Shown: piece by piece, positions 62,966 to 64,000 of the stretch
How the letters are laid out: every line of letters begins with the position of its first letter
Numbering within the stretch: position 1 is the stretch's first letter
Source: an uncultured bacterium
GTDB lineage: Bacteria > Hydrothermota > Tepidihabitantia > Tepidihabitantales > Tepidihabitantaceae
Direction: 5' to 3'
Assembly: GCA_964590395.1 (NCBI GenBank)
Contig: CAZPVT010000034.1
Location: 31,464 to 95,463 of the forward strand
Length of the DNA: 64,000 nucleotides
Notes under the pieces: model-generated
Told to the model about the DNA's origin: nothing
Database searches by the model: none
What the model saw: the letters and a program-made list of their open reading frames with translations, nothing else
Made by a program: the position numbers and the translations under genes

Positions 62966-64000
62966 TTATTTCTCTTCCGGTCTTAAAGGCACCGCTCCGA
63001 CCCCGCCACAGGGTAAATTAAGTATTTTAAGAAAATCTTTTACCTCTTCCTTCTTGCCATTTTCCAGATAAATTTTGCCTTCTGTTCCCGGATAGAGAAT
63101 AATTACCAGATCTGGATTTTTGCCATCTTTTTTCCTTATTGCCTCGCGATAAGTATGCATTTTGTAAAGGTCAGCAAGTTGAAATTTCCCGATTCTTTCG
63201 TCTTCAGATATTTTCTCCTCTTTTTTTAGTTCTTCTATTACCTTTTTAATTTCTTCCCAATCCACCCGGTATTTGGCATCAAAAAGAATCAGTTTATTAG
63301 ATGTTTCCAGTGTGAAGTCGGGGCGCAAACCAACCGAGTATGAATATGAATCTTCCCCTTTGCCATAATACCTGTTATAGGTTAAAATTATACCATTCTC
63401 AAATTCGATGCAGGAGTTACTTTTCAATATCTTATTAAACTTTTCATCATCAAATTGCAAATTAACTTTTACGGTTTTGTATTCGCTCCTCAGTATCTGC
63501 CACAACTTCAAAAAGCACCAGTATTCATAAAGTTCGGGCATATTCCGAATCGGGTCTTTCAGAAGTTCGTCCAGCTTATCCGAAAGTTGCACCCCTTTTA
63601 TCAGATCTAAATAGGCGGAAAAAATCTGCTGATAGCGGTATTCTTTAAGTAAAGTTTGCGGAGGGGTGCTGAAAAAATGGATATCCGCCACCTCCTGAAA
63701 AAAATTATGATTGAGCGTTTTATTTACATCTCTTTTCATATCATCAAGTTTTGGCTCTATTCCATTCAGCAACCAATCAAAATACTTTTTATAATGCTCA
63801 TTGTCTTTCCCTTGCAAAGTTAGCGCCTCCTCAATACTGTTCAATTCCCGTTTTAACAGTTTTAAAAAGAACTTAACAAATCGGTTAGGGTAGGTGTCGT
63901 AAGAAATTCTTGAGACCTCCTCGTATGCCTTTACAAACTGGAATTGCTCCTTGTCAATTTCAAAGTGAAAGTGCCCGGTAGTTGCCTTACAAATTGCGGT
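62966..64000 (-). CDS. McrC/DUF2357-like PD-(D/E)xK nuclease, 5' end outside the window
   Basis: The frame has no stop from 63845 to 64000, so the listed TTG start is internal. Motifs are DTYPNRFVKFFL, LYEYWCFLKL, RPDF...LILFDAKYR (D...D-x-K) and LYKMHTYREAI. Confidence 0.65.
   Translation of the reverse strand, partial: TAICKATTGHFHFEIDKEQFQFVKAYEEVSRISYDTYPNRFVKFFLKLLKRELNSIEEALTLQGKDNEHYKKYFDWLLNGIEPKLDDMKRDVNKTLNHNFFQEVADIHFFSTPPQTLLKEYRYQQIFSAYLDLIKGVQLSDKLDELLKDPIRNMPELYEYWCFLKLWQILRSEYKTVKVNLQFDDEKFNKILKSNSCIEFENGIILTYNRYYGKGEDSYSYSVGLRPDFTLETSNKLILFDAKYRVDWEEIKKVIEELKKEEKISEDERIGKFQLADLYKMHTYREAIRKKDGKNPDLVIILYPGTEGKIYLENGKKEEVKDFLKILNLPCGGVGAVPLRPEEK

Overview
This is a 64-kb chromosomal segment of a diderm bacterium. 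Supporting marks are Lnt, LolCDE-type genes, T9SS-type C-terminal sorting domains, sigma70-like TTGACA/TATAAT promoters and GGAGG Shine-Dalgarno sites. The lineage cannot be assigned from sequence alone. About 70 protein genes are present, mostly housekeeping: hflX, prfB (with a +1 frameshift the ORF track misses), rpmE, rho, lnt, purN, selA, mcsA-mcsB, lolD and permease, lysS, ruvX, mltG and trpS-ispD-dxr-rseP. A long minus-strand block runs ispE, tRNA-Gln, prs, rplY, pth, ychF, rpsF, ssb, rplM, rpsI, rpsB, tsf, pyrH, frr, uppS, cdsA. RNase P RNA (rnpB) is also present. Accessory content includes five secreted proteins with T9SS/FlgD-Ig-like C-terminal domains and a PorV-like barrel fused to carboxypeptidase-regulatory-like domains. 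The most unusual locus is an AT-richer ~11.5-kb plus-strand operon (48.9-60.3 kb). It encodes membrane-anchored FHA, PP2C, two Hanks kinases, PEGA, Ig-like and PASTA-FGE proteins, followed by two secreted proteins. A 5'-truncated McrC-like PD-(D/E)xK nuclease lies at the right edge, next to rnpB. Three kinds of non-genic structure stand out. A family of ATTGC...GCAAT palindromic repeats brackets two genes. A 12-nt phased GGT array (18.8-19.1 kb) reads as a glycine-zipper frame with one in-frame stop. Near-consensus promoters repeatedly sit 6-10 nt from start codons with no SD, which looks like leaderless mRNAs. No rRNA, CRISPR array, transposase or integrase was seen.
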